Shown one piece after another: positions 27,912 to 38,503 of a stretch of DNA of 64,000 nt. The DNA comes from a virus. The position numbers and the translations under genes were made by a program. Location: IMG/VR virus record IMGVR_UViG_3300038366_000033, positions 1 through 64,000 of that record. One strand, 5' to 3'. A model generated the notes under the pieces. The model ran no database searches. It had not been told where the DNA came from and saw nothing but the letters and a program-made list of their open reading frames with translations. Within the stretch, counting starts at the first letter, position 1, and the number at the start of each line of letters is the position of its first letter.

Positions 27912-29596
27912 TGGAGAACGTACTGGCCAAGAAACGAGAAGAACACAAAGAGCCTTGGTACTGGCTAAACGATGACGCCAGAGAGTTCCTAGACAACGGC
28001 TACCTCCTAGAAGGAACCGGACCGAAGGAAAGAGTCCGCGATATCGCAGAACGGGCAGAAGAGATACTCGGCGAAGAGGGCTTCGCAGACAAGTTCTACG
28101 AGTATGTATCCAAGGGTTATTACTCCCTTGCAAGTCCGATCTGGTCCAACTTCGGTCTCGATAGAGGGTTACCTATTTCCTGTTTCGGGAGCTACATGGA
28201 AGACAACATGGAAAGTATACTTTACACCCATGCCGAAGTAGGAGAGATGACCAAACAGGGTGGTGGAACCTCAGGGTACATGGGGAACCTGAGACCTAGG
28301 GGTGCGCCAATTACTAACAACGGCAAGTCAAACGGAAGCTACTCATTCACCGAGCTATTCGATACAGCCATCAATGTCATCTCTCAGGGCGAGACAAGAA
28401 GAGGTCAGTTCGCAGGATACATCGACGTAGAACATGATGACCTTGACGAATGGCTGAACATCAAGACCGAGGGCGACCCCGTGCAGGATATTTACTACGG
28501 CGTCATCATAGGTGACGAATGGTTCGAAGAAATGGTCAACGGCGACGAGGAAAAGAGAGAAACATGGGCCGAGATCATCGAAACCAGAATCAACATCGGC
28601 GTACCTTACATCATCTTCAGAGGCAACATGAACGAGGGCAAGCCACAGGTATACAAGGATAAAGACTACGAAATCAACGCCTCGAACCTCTGTACAGAGA
28701 TCGCACTTCCGGCGACACCAGACGAGTCATTTGTTTGCTGCCTCTGTTCAATGAACGCACTGCACTACGACCAGTGGAAAGATACTGACGCAGTAGAAAC
28801 ATTGACGTACTTCCTAGACGCAGTCATGGAAGAGTTTATACAGGAAGCCGAGGGAGTCCAGTTCATGGAGAGGGCCGTCAAGTTTGCCAAGCGCCACAGA
28901 GCTATCGGCATTGGCGTACTCGGATGGCACAGCTATCTACAGTCAAAGGGCATACCTTTCGACAGTATGGAAGCCATGAACCACAACAGGGAGATCTTCT
29001 CTCATATCGAAGAAAAGTCTTACGAGGCATCAGAGGAGCTAGCCGACAAACTTGGCGAGCCAGAGATGCTAGAGGGCTACGGCAGACGTAATACGACCAC
29101 GATGTCTGTCGCACCGACAAAGTCAAGTTCGATAATTCTTGGCCAAGTATCACCAAGCATCGAGCCACTAAAGGCAAACTACTTCGTGAGAGACGGAGCT
29201 AAGTTGAAGTCCACACAGAAAAACAGATTCCTAGAAGCCATCTTACAGGACCGTGGAGAAGACAACAGAGAGACATGGGATAGTATCGCCCAGAAGGACG
29301 GAAGCGTACAACATCTCGACTGTCTGACCGACGAAGAGAAAGAAGTATTCAAGACTTTCTCAGAGATCCCTCAGATGGCGGTAATCAATCAGGCGGCTCA
29401 AAGACAGAACTACATCGACCAAGCACAGTCAGTCAACATTTCCCTAGACCCCGCAGAAGTGCCACTTGAAGACATCAACGAACTTTACATACAGGCATGG
29501 AAGAAAGGCGTAAAATCACTCTACTACCAGAACTCTGTCAACGCTGCACAGAAATTCAGCAGAGACATTCTGGACTGCAAGGCGTGTGAAGGATGA
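27911..29596 (+). CDS. nrdA: class I ribonucleotide reductase alpha subunit (no ATP cone)
   Basis: ISCF, SNLCTEI, APT.SSS, SLYY and C-terminal CxxC. Confidence 0.95.
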   Translation: MENVLAKKREEHKEPWYWLNDDAREFLDNGYLLEGTGPKERVRDIAERAEEILGEEGFADKFYEYVSKGYYSLASPIWSNFGLDRGLPISCFGSYMEDNMESILYTHAEVGEMTKQGGGTSGYMGNLRPRGAPITNNGKSNGSYSFTELFDTAINVISQGETRRGQFAGYIDVEHDDLDEWLNIKTEGDPVQDIYYGVIIGDEWFEEMVNGDEEKRETWAEIIETRINIGVPYIIFRGNMNEGKPQVYKDKDYEINASNLCTEIALPATPDESFVCCLCSMNALHYDQWKDTDAVETLTYFLDAVMEEFIQEAEGVQFMERAVKFAKRHRAIGIGVLGWHSYLQSKGIPFDSMEAMNHNREIFSHIEEKSYEASEELADKLGEPEMLEGYGRRNTTTMSVAPTKSSSIILGQVSPSIEPLKANYFVRDGAKLKSTQKNRFLEAILQDRGEDNRETWDSIAQKDGSVQHLDCLTDEEKEVFKTFSEIPQMAVINQAAQRQNYIDQAQSVNISLDPAEVPLEDINELYIQAWKKGVKSLYYQNSVNAAQKFSRDILDCKACEG

Positions 29597-29742
29597 CAGA
29601 CGAGTGTATTGCGTGCGGTGACGGTGCAGATTCGGCAGAGGCGCTTCAGGAGATCATCGAGGAGAAGAAAGAAGAATGTCCCGAGTGTGGATCTGAAGAT
29701 TACGACGCCGAAGACGGTTGTCCAGATTGCAGTCGCGAATAG
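29593..29742 (+). CDS. Cys-rich Zn-ribbon microprotein, 49 aa
   Basis: CIAC, CPEC, CPDC; ATGA overlap. Confidence 0.55.
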   Translation: MTDECIACGDGADSAEALQEIIEEKKEECPECGSEDYDAEDGCPDCSRE

Positions 29743-29925
29743 CCCTACTATTTTCCCACTGTACCGGGTGATTTTCCCGGTTATTCTTCCCCTATTTAAC
29801 TGAGTTTTACCTGCCCGAAAACCATTATGATTGAGAAAAAACACATCATATTACATGTTGATATCGATACACAAATTCTTCTGTCGCCAAGTGAGAAAGC
29901 TAAAATGTAACTGCCACGACCACAG

Positions 29926-30774
29926 ATGAGTGAGGATGACGCCGGAACTGAGAGAATAAGGCGTTACCTCGACGGAGAAGATAAACGACACTACGAGAGG
30001 GACGACACCGACGTTTACTCCGTCACGACGATTCTCGACGAAGAAAATGACGGGGAGCCATATTACATCCAGCAGTGGAAGAAAAACAACGACGGCAAGG
30101 GCGACAACGCATACTGGAAAGACATACTCGAATACAAGAAAAACCGCGGCACGATGGCACACTATGCTGCACTATCTCAACTGGAAGAACACCACCCTCA
30201 CGCAGAAGAGCTCTGGAGCGGCGATGAAAAGTCTTCACTTGACGCTATCATGGACAGAACGGGAGACAAAGACTTTCTGTACTCTGTTCTCAAAGACCGT
30301 GGAATGATAGAATCACGTGACGCCTACGAACCGATAAAAGACGAGATAGAGCTTACCGACATTTTCTACAACGACATGGACTATTTCAAGGACGCCTTCG
30401 CAGAAACTATGATAGATAAAGGTGTCACGCCAGAGGACGTAGAATCCGTAGAACACATGTTTGCGCTACCGGAGGGTCAGAACCACTCAGGTTACGGAGG
30501 CCAGGCCGACATGATCTATGAGGATCCTTACAACGGTGACCACGTAGTAGTAGATCTCAAGACGTCAAAGAACGTATATGACAAACACAAGAAACAGGCG
30601 GCAGCATACGCAGAGGCAGCCAAACAGTCACCAGACATGAACGGCGACTACATTGATAGAGCGGAAATATGGCGATTCTTTCCTGACGAAGAAGAAAAGG
30701 AGATATATGAAATCGATGACCACAGAGAGTACTGGGACGACTTTGCCCAGCTCACTGATGAAGCTTACGACTAA
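29926..30774 (+). CDS. PD-(D/E)XK exonuclease
   Basis: SVTTIL, RGTMAH, GGQAD, VVDLKTS, QAAAY. Confidence 0.85.
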   Translation: MSEDDAGTERIRRYLDGEDKRHYERDDTDVYSVTTILDEENDGEPYYIQQWKKNNDGKGDNAYWKDILEYKKNRGTMAHYAALSQLEEHHPHAEELWSGDEKSSLDAIMDRTGDKDFLYSVLKDRGMIESRDAYEPIKDEIELTDIFYNDMDYFKDAFAETMIDKGVTPEDVESVEHMFALPEGQNHSGYGGQADMIYEDPYNGDHVVVDLKTSKNVYDKHKKQAAAYAEAAKQSPDMNGDYIDRAEIWRFFPDEEEKEIYEIDDHREYWDDFAQLTDEAYD

Positions 30775-31052
30775 AGCCCTAGGAGACCGGCCACATAGAT
30801 CGCCGATCCGATTGCACCGTACTTCAGAAGATACGATGAAACAAGCAGATAGATGTAGTAATGCTTGTCATTCTCCTCGAACTCTTTGAACGGTCTGTCT
30901 CTGAAAGATTTGAGGGCCTCCGCGAAGTTGTCGGGACGCCAGTACTTTACCATACCGTCGTAGATGCCTCTGTGAATTTCTCTTGCTTCCTGTGCGGTGT
31001 TCGGACCAATACCTTTGGCCCAAGTGACCGCGTACTTAACCTTTTCTTTCAT
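30771..31052 (-). CDS. small membrane protein
   Basis: C-terminal hydrophobic segment. Confidence 0.55.
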   Translation of the reverse strand: MKEKVKYAVTWAKGIGPNTAQEAREIHRGIYDGMVKYWRPDNFAEALKSFRDRPFKEFEENDKHYYIYLLVSSYLLKYGAIGSAIYVAGLLGL

Positions 31053-31579
31053 CTTTCTAGCTTATTGGGTTCGTGAATCGTAATCACGCCCTTTTCCTCA
31101 TACTCCATGAGTTTTTCCGATAACTGGATTGCGGTGTTGTTTGTTACCTCGACGTTGTTTATCTGAGTGTTGGGTGTTGTTGCCTCTTCGATATACTCCT
31201 TCTGGAACTCCATGAGTTTACGGACCTCTTTCATGACTTGAAGGATCTGACCTACGTCCTGTTTGTTCTGTTCATCAAGGGTCACTTCCAGAATCGTGTC
31301 AAGCTTGTCTTCCATCTGTTCTATCTTGTTCCCGTACTCAAGTATGAGCTCCTGTTTCTCCTGAGCCAAATATCCTTTGTTCTCTTCGGTCATACGAGCG
31401 AGTCTTTCATCCTTGTTGTTGTTGAGATAATTCTTTACCGACTCGTGGCTGATATCTGTGTTGAACCTCTCGCTGACCTCGTCCGCTATGTCTCTGAGTG
31501 ACTTTCCCTGAGCGTGAAGACTCATTACCGCGGACTCACAAGTCCATCCGTTTTTCTTGACTTTGTTTTTCCTTCCCAT
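31049..31579 (-). CDS. HTH plus coiled-coil protein, possible terminase small subunit
   Basis: GKSLRDIADEV..ISHESVKNY HTH followed by a helical region. Confidence 0.45.
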   Translation of the reverse strand: MGRKNKVKKNGWTCESAVMSLHAQGKSLRDIADEVSERFNTDISHESVKNYLNNNKDERLARMTEENKGYLAQEKQELILEYGNKIEQMEDKLDTILEVTLDEQNKQDVGQILQVMKEVRKLMEFQKEYIEEATTPNTQINNVEVTNNTAIQLSEKLMEYEEKGVITIHEPNKLER

Positions 31580-31665
31580 ACCGAGACTACATATTTAGCT
31601 CATTAATAAAGATAACGCGGTTTTGACCGAAGAGCATAAAAGTACTGATAAACAATATGTATAAT

Positions 31666-31920
31666 ATGACAGAGGTCGTTGAAATAAGAAAAGAAGATCT
31701 AGCGAAGCTACTTGAACTTATCAATTACGACCTTGAGCTCCTTGAAGATGTCCCGGTCCTGGTGGACGAAGAAAGGGACGCAGAAATTAGCAAGAACATA
31801 GGCAAACTGCTAGAGATAAATTACGACAGTATGAACAAGTTGAAGAAGAGATATTCATTTATCAGAGATTATCAGGGCCCGGACTCGGAGCTCGAAAAAC
31901 TAGAACAAGAATTTCTTTAG
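31666..31920 (+). CDS. hypothetical protein
   Basis: ORF upstream of radA. Confidence 0.6.
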   Translation: MTEVVEIRKEDLAKLLELINYDLELLEDVPVLVDEERDAEISKNIGKLLEINYDSMNKLKKRYSFIRDYQGPDSELEKLEQEFL

Positions 31921-31930
31921 GTGACAACCA

Positions 31931-32923
31931 ATGACTGAACCAGACGACAACGTAAAAGAGCTAGACGGTGTTGGACCCAAGACCGGAGCGGACCTGAAAG
32001 CGTCAGGACGTGGCACGGTCAGGAAGCTGGCAACAGCGAACCCTGACACCTTACCAGAAAACACCTCGCTTGGCGAGAAAAAATCAAAGGACTTGGTCCA
32101 GACGGCCAGAAACGCTTTACGTGGCGGAAGCCCGTTCGAAAACGGACTGGACTTCGAGAAAGAACAGAATAATATGGGAACTATTAGCACAGGATCTGAT
32201 GACCTAGACGGCTTACTCCGTGGAGGCATCGCCGTAGGCTATCTCACCGAGGCTTTTGGTCTTTCTTCCTCTGGCAAATCACAGCTGGCTTTCCAGTTGT
32301 GTGTCAACGCACAGTTACCGGAGGACGAGGGAGGCGCCGGAAACGGAGACATGGTAATATTCATAGACGTAGAAGAGACCTTCAGGGCTGACAGGATTAG
32401 GTCTATGGCGAAGGCGGCAGGACTTGACCCGGACGAGGCACTCTCGAACATAGAGGTCGCAAGACCTACAGACGTGACGGATCAGGAAAGAGCCATACAG
32501 GAGACAAGACAGTTTGACCTGGACAACGTCGCGTTGATCGTGGTCGACTCTATATCAGGCCACGTCCGGAACGAGTATCAGGGTCGAGAAAACTTTGGTG
32601 AGCGCAGCGACCGCTTCGGTGGTATGCTAGAGGACTTGAGTAAGATGGCATCCGGAGAGACAGGTCATGACATCGCTGTGTTCTATCCCAATCAGGCAGG
32701 GAAGAAACCACAGAAACAGTACGGCGACCCAGTCTATTCCTATGGAGCATCGACTCTCGAACACCAGAGCTCTTTCAGGATGAGACTGGACGCCAGAGGA
32801 TCCAAGGGATACAACGCCTCTCTGGCTGACTCACCAAACCTGCCTCCGGGTGAGTGTTATTTCGACATATACGAATGTGGCATCAACGATCAGGACCACG
32901 AGTGTGAGATATGCAGTGATTGA
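31931..32923 (+). CDS. radA: RadA/Rad51-family recombinase
   Basis: N-terminal HhH, STGS..LDGLL.GG, Walker A GLSSSGKS, FIDVE.TFR..R, LIVVDS. Confidence 0.9.
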   Translation: MTEPDDNVKELDGVGPKTGADLKASGRGTVRKLATANPDTLPENTSLGEKKSKDLVQTARNALRGGSPFENGLDFEKEQNNMGTISTGSDDLDGLLRGGIAVGYLTEAFGLSSSGKSQLAFQLCVNAQLPEDEGGAGNGDMVIFIDVEETFRADRIRSMAKAAGLDPDEALSNIEVARPTDVTDQERAIQETRQFDLDNVALIVVDSISGHVRNEYQGRENFGERSDRFGGMLEDLSKMASGETGHDIAVFYPNQAGKKPQKQYGDPVYSYGASTLEHQSSFRMRLDARGSKGYNASLADSPNLPPGECYFDIYECGINDQDHECEICSD

Positions 32924-33432
32924 CGAAGACCCGGAAGACATCGATTTCCCGTGGACCTGTTACATCGAGGACATGGAAGAGATTACAGTGACACAGGAGG
33001 AATGGCAGAAGGCTGCGAACATCATGGACGAAAAGACAGAACTTGAGGCGGCCCGCACCATCCTACAGAGAATAGCAAAATAATACTATGGAACACGCAC
33101 CATCTGACGAAGCAGAAGAGCTCGTAGAAGGCGTAGTAGACAACGGTAGAAGGCAAATCATTTCAGATCACAGTGACTTGATAGACAGAGCAGCGGAGGA
33201 ATTACAGAACTTCAGACAATTCAACGCAGTAATGTCAGAGATCAGGAGGAGAATCTAAGTGAACAAATCACAGGAAAGTTACATCAAAGGACAGATAGAC
33301 CGGGCGAGAGCTCGGTTAGACTTACCTGAAGTGAACCAGCACGATGTAGAAAAGGTCAGGACATATCTCAAGGAGGCACTCGGGGAACTACCCGAAGATT
33401 GAAAAACCTCCGGTACTTACTTTCTTTCTAGG

Positions 33433-35499
33433 ATGACAACCTTCAAGGAAGAGACTGACACTCTCAAAATTATGGTCGAAGACCCTGAAAAAGACGAGGA
33501 TCAAAACCTAAGAGCTCGTGTCCACGCGAAACCGCAAGGACATGAGATGAACTCATATGACGAACGTATCAAGTTCTCAGGCAGATCTGCACAGAGCTAT
33601 GCTAATACCGTACAGGACGTATTCGACTGTGGCGACGACCTTGTCAACGAGCTCAAAAAAGAGATACTGAAACTGAAAAACAAGGTAAGAAACGAAGCCG
33701 AGCCTGAAAATGACTATGACCAAGACGGAGAGAGTCAGCGCTCACAGGAAGACAAAAGACAGAAGCTGTTCAAGATCATGGAACAGATAATGAAAGCTGG
33801 CGACTCCATCGAACAGGAGGCGGTAGAAGAGACTCTAGGCCTAGAAAACGTATGGGATATAGTTGATGACGTTGACATAGACGCAGAATACATAATACCT
33901 GATGGAGACGACTCTATCAGACTTACCGACGAGGGACGCAGCGAGCTCAAACAACACCTCGGCTTCGAGACTTTTGACGGGGACCCACAGGCTGAGGCAC
34001 AGAGACAGCTAGAATCAAACAATCCTCTGCGATATTACCTAGACGCCTTCAATAAGATACACAAGGGCGATCACCTTTTGAAATGCTGGGAGATGATTTC
34101 GGCACTATCAAGCAAGTGCGCGGACCGTCAGATCCACTCTTGGGCAGTAGGACCTTCTGGTACAGGTAAGTCACACCTCAAACGTAAACTTCTGGAGTTC
34201 CTGCCAAACAAGATGTACAAAAGAAAAGAGAGCTTCTCTCCAAAGGCACTTCAGTACAAGTCAAAGACCGAAGGGCCGTCTTTCATGAACAACAAACTTA
34301 TCTACTTCGATGAAGTCGGAGAAGAGGATGTAGACAACGCTATTGAGCTCATGCGTCTTATGACTGACCAGGACCAAGATATCGTGACTCACGAGACCGT
34401 AAAGGATCAGGAGATCATGACAATCACTCTCGACGTCTCTAATATCACGGTATGGTTTACCTCGGTCGTAGCCATACAGGACGAGCAACTCAAAAACAGG
34501 TTCATACTTACCAACCCGGATTCATCCTCCGCACAGAATGAGACGGTCAACATGCACCAGCAAAACATCCTGAACTCCGGAGGAAGCCTAGACTTCATAC
34601 CGAAAGAGACACCAGTAATACAGGCTATGGTACAGGACATTCGCGAAGAGACGCCAGGATACCGCCCGGTAGTCCCGTTTATGATCGACTGGAAGCAGGA
34701 GTTCAACCGCAGACTGTACCCGTTTTTCTACACACTGATGGGTATGATAGCGAAGATTCACATCAGGAACCGCGTCACCAAGGACGGATTCATCTTCGTC
34801 ACACGAGCTGACTTTGACCTCGCAAGACTTATCTGGTCCCGACTCATCGATACCACCGTGGCCCAGACGGATGAGAAGAGCATATCTTTACTCAAAGAGC
34901 TCCCGAACTCACAGACAGCGTCTCTATCGAGAAAGGAGCTCAGAAACAGGCTCACAGGATTTACCACACAGGACATCAAGGATACTGCTGACTCGCTGAT
35001 GGAGACCGAGGAGCTACAGTTGATAAACTCCGAGTACATAGAGGGCGAAGTATACTACTGGGCCGGTGCCGACGTAGAACAGTTAGTTGATAACGTACCG
35101 GAAATCATGGGAGAGCTCACAGACGAGAAGATAGAGAGCCAGTGCCGTGAGGCAGGCGTAGAACCGACACAGGAGATCAGGGACTCAATTTACAACGCGG
35201 AGATCCCGGTCATCGACTTCCTGCGTGACTCTCTTGGAGAAGACACCGAGACAGAGCCTCCAGAACTGACAGAAGAAGAGGTCTACTTCCTGAGGACTCT
35301 CGAACAGATGGAATGGGGGATCACGATAGACTCTGCCAGAGACTTCTTCGAGACAGATACAGAGACCCCGGATGCAGACATACACGAGATAGTCGAGTCA
35401 CTTGAGGATAAGGAGGTCATAGAGGTGGATGGAGAGAACAAACCTTCACCTCTCCCTATGTACGACAGGCTGAATAGCCAAGGGGCGATGGAGATATGA
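33433..35499 (+). CDS. AAA+ replicative helicase/primase-associated ATPase
   Basis: GPSGTGKS, LIYFDE, QLKNRF; wHTH-like C-terminus. Confidence 0.7.
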   Translation: MTTFKEETDTLKIMVEDPEKDEDQNLRARVHAKPQGHEMNSYDERIKFSGRSAQSYANTVQDVFDCGDDLVNELKKEILKLKNKVRNEAEPENDYDQDGESQRSQEDKRQKLFKIMEQIMKAGDSIEQEAVEETLGLENVWDIVDDVDIDAEYIIPDGDDSIRLTDEGRSELKQHLGFETFDGDPQAEAQRQLESNNPLRYYLDAFNKIHKGDHLLKCWEMISALSSKCADRQIHSWAVGPSGTGKSHLKRKLLEFLPNKMYKRKESFSPKALQYKSKTEGPSFMNNKLIYFDEVGEEDVDNAIELMRLMTDQDQDIVTHETVKDQEIMTITLDVSNITVWFTSVVAIQDEQLKNRFILTNPDSSSAQNETVNMHQQNILNSGGSLDFIPKETPVIQAMVQDIREETPGYRPVVPFMIDWKQEFNRRLYPFFYTLMGMIAKIHIRNRVTKDGFIFVTRADFDLARLIWSRLIDTTVAQTDEKSISLLKELPNSQTASLSRKELRNRLTGFTTQDIKDTADSLMETEELQLINSEYIEGEVYYWAGADVEQLVDNVPEIMGELTDEKIESQCREAGVEPTQEIRDSIYNAEIPVIDFLRDSLGEDTETEPPELTEEEVYFLRTLEQMEWGITIDSARDFFETDTETPDADIHEIVESLEDKEVIEVDGENKPSPLPMYDRLNSQGAMEI

Positions 35500-35639
35500 G
35501 ACACGACATCAGGATGATATGCCAGAGGATAAGGTGTATTATCTTCGGTCATGAGTACACTTACAAGCGTAAAAGCAAGGAATACTACTCCGAAAACGTG
35601 TACGAGTGTATTCACTGTCCCCGTCACAGGAAAGTTTAA
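35496..35639 (+). CDS. small Zn-binding protein (C.IFGH..YEC.HC)
   Basis: Manual translation; ATGA overlap. Confidence 0.55.
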   Translation: MRHDIRMICQRIRCIIFGHEYTYKRKSKEYYSENVYECIHCPRHRKV

Positions 35640-35663
35640 AAAAGTATAGTACAGTACTTTACC

Positions 35664-35750
35664 ATAAGGTTGTCACCCAGGTGGCAGTATAGTAGGGCGT
35701 GATCGTGTCGGGTCCCACATCTTGACACAACTCACGCCCTCCCACCTCCA
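35664..35750 (+). ncRNA. long-hairpin small RNA candidate
   Basis: TTTAAA upstream; nested stems GGTGG/CCACC, AGGGCGTGA/TCACGCCCT, GTGTCGGG/CTTGACAC. Confidence 0.5.
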
Positions 35751-35801
35751 TAATCACACAAAAATTATTTAACTGAAGATAACTACACTACAGTATATCA
35801 C

Positions 35802-36101
35802 ATGAATATAGAAGAACTTGTTGATCAAGCATACGAACTGACACTTGCCGAGGACGACCTACCTGTAGATGACAGACGTTTCTTTGTAGAACAGGGCGAC
35901 GAAGAGGGAGAATATGAGGTACGTAAATTTCACAATGAAAACGCCTCCGAGTCCGGCTTTGACAGTAAACAGGATGCTATTGATGCCGCAAAGGACATGG
36001 CGAAAGAGGCCAGCGGACCCGAGACAAAGGCACAGGTCAAGGTCAGGGATGGCGGCAGCTTCTCAAAGGTCATGGACTTTGTCGATGGCGAAAGAGCATG
36101 A
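35802..36101 (+). CDS. DUF2188-like protein
   Basis: YEVRK..AS..FDSKQDAIDAAKDMAK. Confidence 0.6.
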   Translation: MNIEELVDQAYELTLAEDDLPVDDRRFFVEQGDEEGEYEVRKFHNENASESGFDSKQDAIDAAKDMAKEASGPETKAQVKVRDGGSFSKVMDFVDGERA

Positions 36102-36222
36102 ATGAGACAAAGGAAAAGTACGGTGACGTTGCCGCAGTCGTAGCCTCGGTCATCGTGGTGCAGTTTCACATCGCAGAGGCTCTGTTCAAAACTATCTTCA
36201 GAATACTAGAGGAACTACCAAA

Positions 36223-36834
36223 ATGACACTTTACATTGACAGCAGAGAGCCAGTAACTGTTCAAGCTATTGTTCAGACGACACTGGCCGACAGAGATACA
36301 GACGCAGAAACCGAGGTCAAGGAGCTCAAGACTGGAGACTTTGTTTACAAAAACGTGGTCATAGAGAGAAAGGAGGCAAGCGATCTCGCTTCATCGATCA
36401 AGGACAGACGCCTCAAGGAACAGACCCGGCGCATGACAGAGGACTTTGAACACCAGTATATCATCGTAGAGGGTGACCCGTATGACCTACAGTACTCCAA
36501 CCTTCACGATAACTCTTTCATCGGCACTTTGGTATCCCGTAGCCATGCCGGAATCAGTATTGTCTATACGCCGGACGAAGAGGGCACCGCCTACGCCGTG
36601 AACAAGATCGTCTCGAAACACGAGGACGACGAGGAACACAGAACGATCGAGCTAGGAGAGACCACGGTCAGCGACGTAGATACAGAGGTCGCCATGCTTA
36701 TGCAGATTGACGGCGTCAGTAAAAAGAAGGCCGAAAGGATCCTCGACCAGAGGGAGTTTGGAAAACTGGAAAGGCTATGTGAGATACGCGGTATCGGCGA
36801 AGTGCTTGAGGACCGCATTAAATCAGTACTATGA
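36223..36834 (+). CDS. ERCC4/XPF-family nuclease with HhH
   Basis: IDSRE, GDF, IERK..DLASSIKDRRL..Q, IIVEG, HhH motifs. Confidence 0.9.
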   Translation: MTLYIDSREPVTVQAIVQTTLADRDTDAETEVKELKTGDFVYKNVVIERKEASDLASSIKDRRLKEQTRRMTEDFEHQYIIVEGDPYDLQYSNLHDNSFIGTLVSRSHAGISIVYTPDEEGTAYAVNKIVSKHEDDEEHRTIELGETTVSDVDTEVAMLMQIDGVSKKKAERILDQREFGKLERLCEIRGIGEVLEDRIKSVL

Positions 36835-37040
36835 AACAGGACAAGCTAGAAGACGCTCTCGCCAACGCAGGCGAACTTATGGTAGTACTTGAATCAGACA
36901 GGGAATACGATCTTCATCCACACGATACGGAGATCGAGGACGGATACGTCCACACGGAGGGATTGAAGCACGGAGATTACCTCGAAGTGACATTTCCTGT
37001 CGAGAGAGTCGAGCACTACTACCTACACAGGGAGGCATAA
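36831..37040 (+). CDS. hypothetical protein
   Basis: ATGA overlap. Confidence 0.6.
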   Translation: MKQDKLEDALANAGELMVVLESDREYDLHPHDTEIEDGYVHTEGLKHGDYLEVTFPVERVEHYYLHREA

Positions 37041-37085
37041 TCTCCCTACAGTTAATTTTTTGAATGTTCTTTCTTAACCACAGTT

Positions 37086-37334
37086 ATGGCAACCGAATAC
37101 ATGCAGAGAGCCAGAGAGATAAACACTCTCGATGAGGTAAAGGACCACCTGTTCTTGGTAGAAAATCACCCGGACGCAGATGAGGTATTTCTGGACTTGA
37201 GAGATGACAAGTGTTCTCTGTACGGATACGACGAAGACGGAAACTCAAAAAATGTAACTCATACTGTAGCCACAAAGGAGATAAGAAACAGGTATGACGC
37301 CCAAGGAACCAGTAAGCTGGATGAGTTCGTATGA
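37086..37334 (+). CDS. hypothetical protein
   Basis: Acidic ORF. Confidence 0.6.
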   Translation: MATEYMQRAREINTLDEVKDHLFLVENHPDADEVFLDLRDDKCSLYGYDEDGNSKNVTHTVATKEIRNRYDAQGTSKLDEFV

Positions 37335-37834
37335 AGGAGAACATTCTTGATGCGACCTGTGGCGGAAGAAGCATCTGGCACACGGACAACAAGAACAGGG
37401 ACGATGTGCTATACATTGACAAGCGAGAGGAAGAGCCTGGCTTCACAGGACAAGAGAACAGGACTTTCAGCATAGAACCGGACGAGGTACAGGACTTCCG
37501 AGATTTGCCGTATGATGATTCTTCTTTTGACCTGATAGTCTTTGACCCGCCCCATGTAATAAGAGAAAACGGCATGCAGAATCTATCCGGCTACATCGAC
37601 AAGAGCTACGGCGCACTGCACGCAGAGACATGGCAGGCGGACCTGAGAAACGGATTCGAGGAGCTATTCAGAGTGCTTGAAGACGGAGGTGTTTTGATCT
37701 TCAAGTTTGCAAATAGGGCTGCTGACTTCAGAGAGGTGCTTGACCTTGCACCGACAGATCCTCTTTTCGGGACGATGACCGATCAGGACTCGAACTGTGA
37801 AAACAGATTCTTCGTGTTCCAGAAGAACGCATAA
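37331..37834 (+). CDS. phage-type SAM-dependent (adenine) DNA methyltransferase
   Basis: ILDATCGGR..FDLIVFDPPH..RVL..GGVLIFK. Confidence 0.85.
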   Translation: MKENILDATCGGRSIWHTDNKNRDDVLYIDKREEEPGFTGQENRTFSIEPDEVQDFRDLPYDDSSFDLIVFDPPHVIRENGMQNLSGYIDKSYGALHAETWQADLRNGFEELFRVLEDGGVLIFKFANRAADFREVLDLAPTDPLFGTMTDQDSNCENRFFVFQKNA

Positions 37835-37871
37835 ATTCTTTAAAGTGCGAATAACCTTTGACACTTTTATT

Positions 37872-38003
37872 ATGCCAGAACACAGTTGCCCGCACTGCAT
37901 GATGGAGAACATGTCAGCCCATGAGCTTTCAAAGCACATGATGGCAGAGCATCCAGACGAATCGCAGATGGCGGAACACAAGAACATGTCCTACCACGGT
38001 TGA
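37872..38003 (+). CDS. C2H2 zinc-finger microprotein
   Basis: CPHC..LSKHMMAEH. Confidence 0.6.
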   Translation: MPEHSCPHCMMENMSAHELSKHMMAEHPDESQMAEHKNMSYHG

Positions 38004-38100
38004 TTCTAAACTAGGACAACTAACTTAAAGATTGCTTCCCCTTTGTTCTTTTAACGGAGTTAGATTCTCCTATATTCAAAACCTGAAGAAAGACTACAAT

Positions 38101-38490
38101 ATGGAGGTGACAACACAAATGAGCGATCAGGAAGTTATATTTGACGGTAGCGAGGACATAGAAGATTGGGACTCGATTAACTCCTCAACAGAGAACGCAG
38201 ACTTCAATGACTACGACCTAGAATTTATCGACATGGACGAGGTAGAGGAAGGCGACTACTGGGTCGGTGAGTTCACAGGAATCCGAGAGATCGGAGGAGT
38301 TGAGAACGCAATCTTTGACGTTCACGAAGAAGAAATCAGTTACGGGTTTACGCCACACGCGATTCTCAGAGATAAACTGGAAGAAGTAGAAGAGGGCGAC
38401 ACCGTAGCAGTTGTGTACGATGGTACTGTGGAAATTGAAGATCAGGCCAACGACGCACACGTCTGGGACGTAAGGACTCCACCAGAATAA
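38101..38490 (+). CDS. possible OB-fold ssDNA-binding protein
   Basis: VGEFTG..HAILRDKL..EEGDTVAVVYDG pattern. Confidence 0.5.
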   Translation: MEVTTQMSDQEVIFDGSEDIEDWDSINSSTENADFNDYDLEFIDMDEVEEGDYWVGEFTGIREIGGVENAIFDVHEEEISYGFTPHAILRDKLEEVEEGDTVAVVYDGTVEIEDQANDAHVWDVRTPPE

Positions 38491-38503
38491 ACAAGGAGTC
38501 TAC

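Noticed and set aside
29609-29803. Arg-rich 64 aa ORF after nrdA
   Set aside because: Atypically basic; the overlapping coupled Cys-rich ORF 29593-29742 is the more plausible gene
26913-35499. Inteins or introns in RNR, RadA or the helicase-like ATPase
   Set aside because: Protein lengths are compact, and no intein splice or LAGLIDADG motifs are evident
2884-38460. Most minus-strand track ORFs in the early and middle region, including several starting in the repeats (MYKKK...)
   Set aside because: Antisense shadows; the shared N-termini arise from the reverse complement of the repeat
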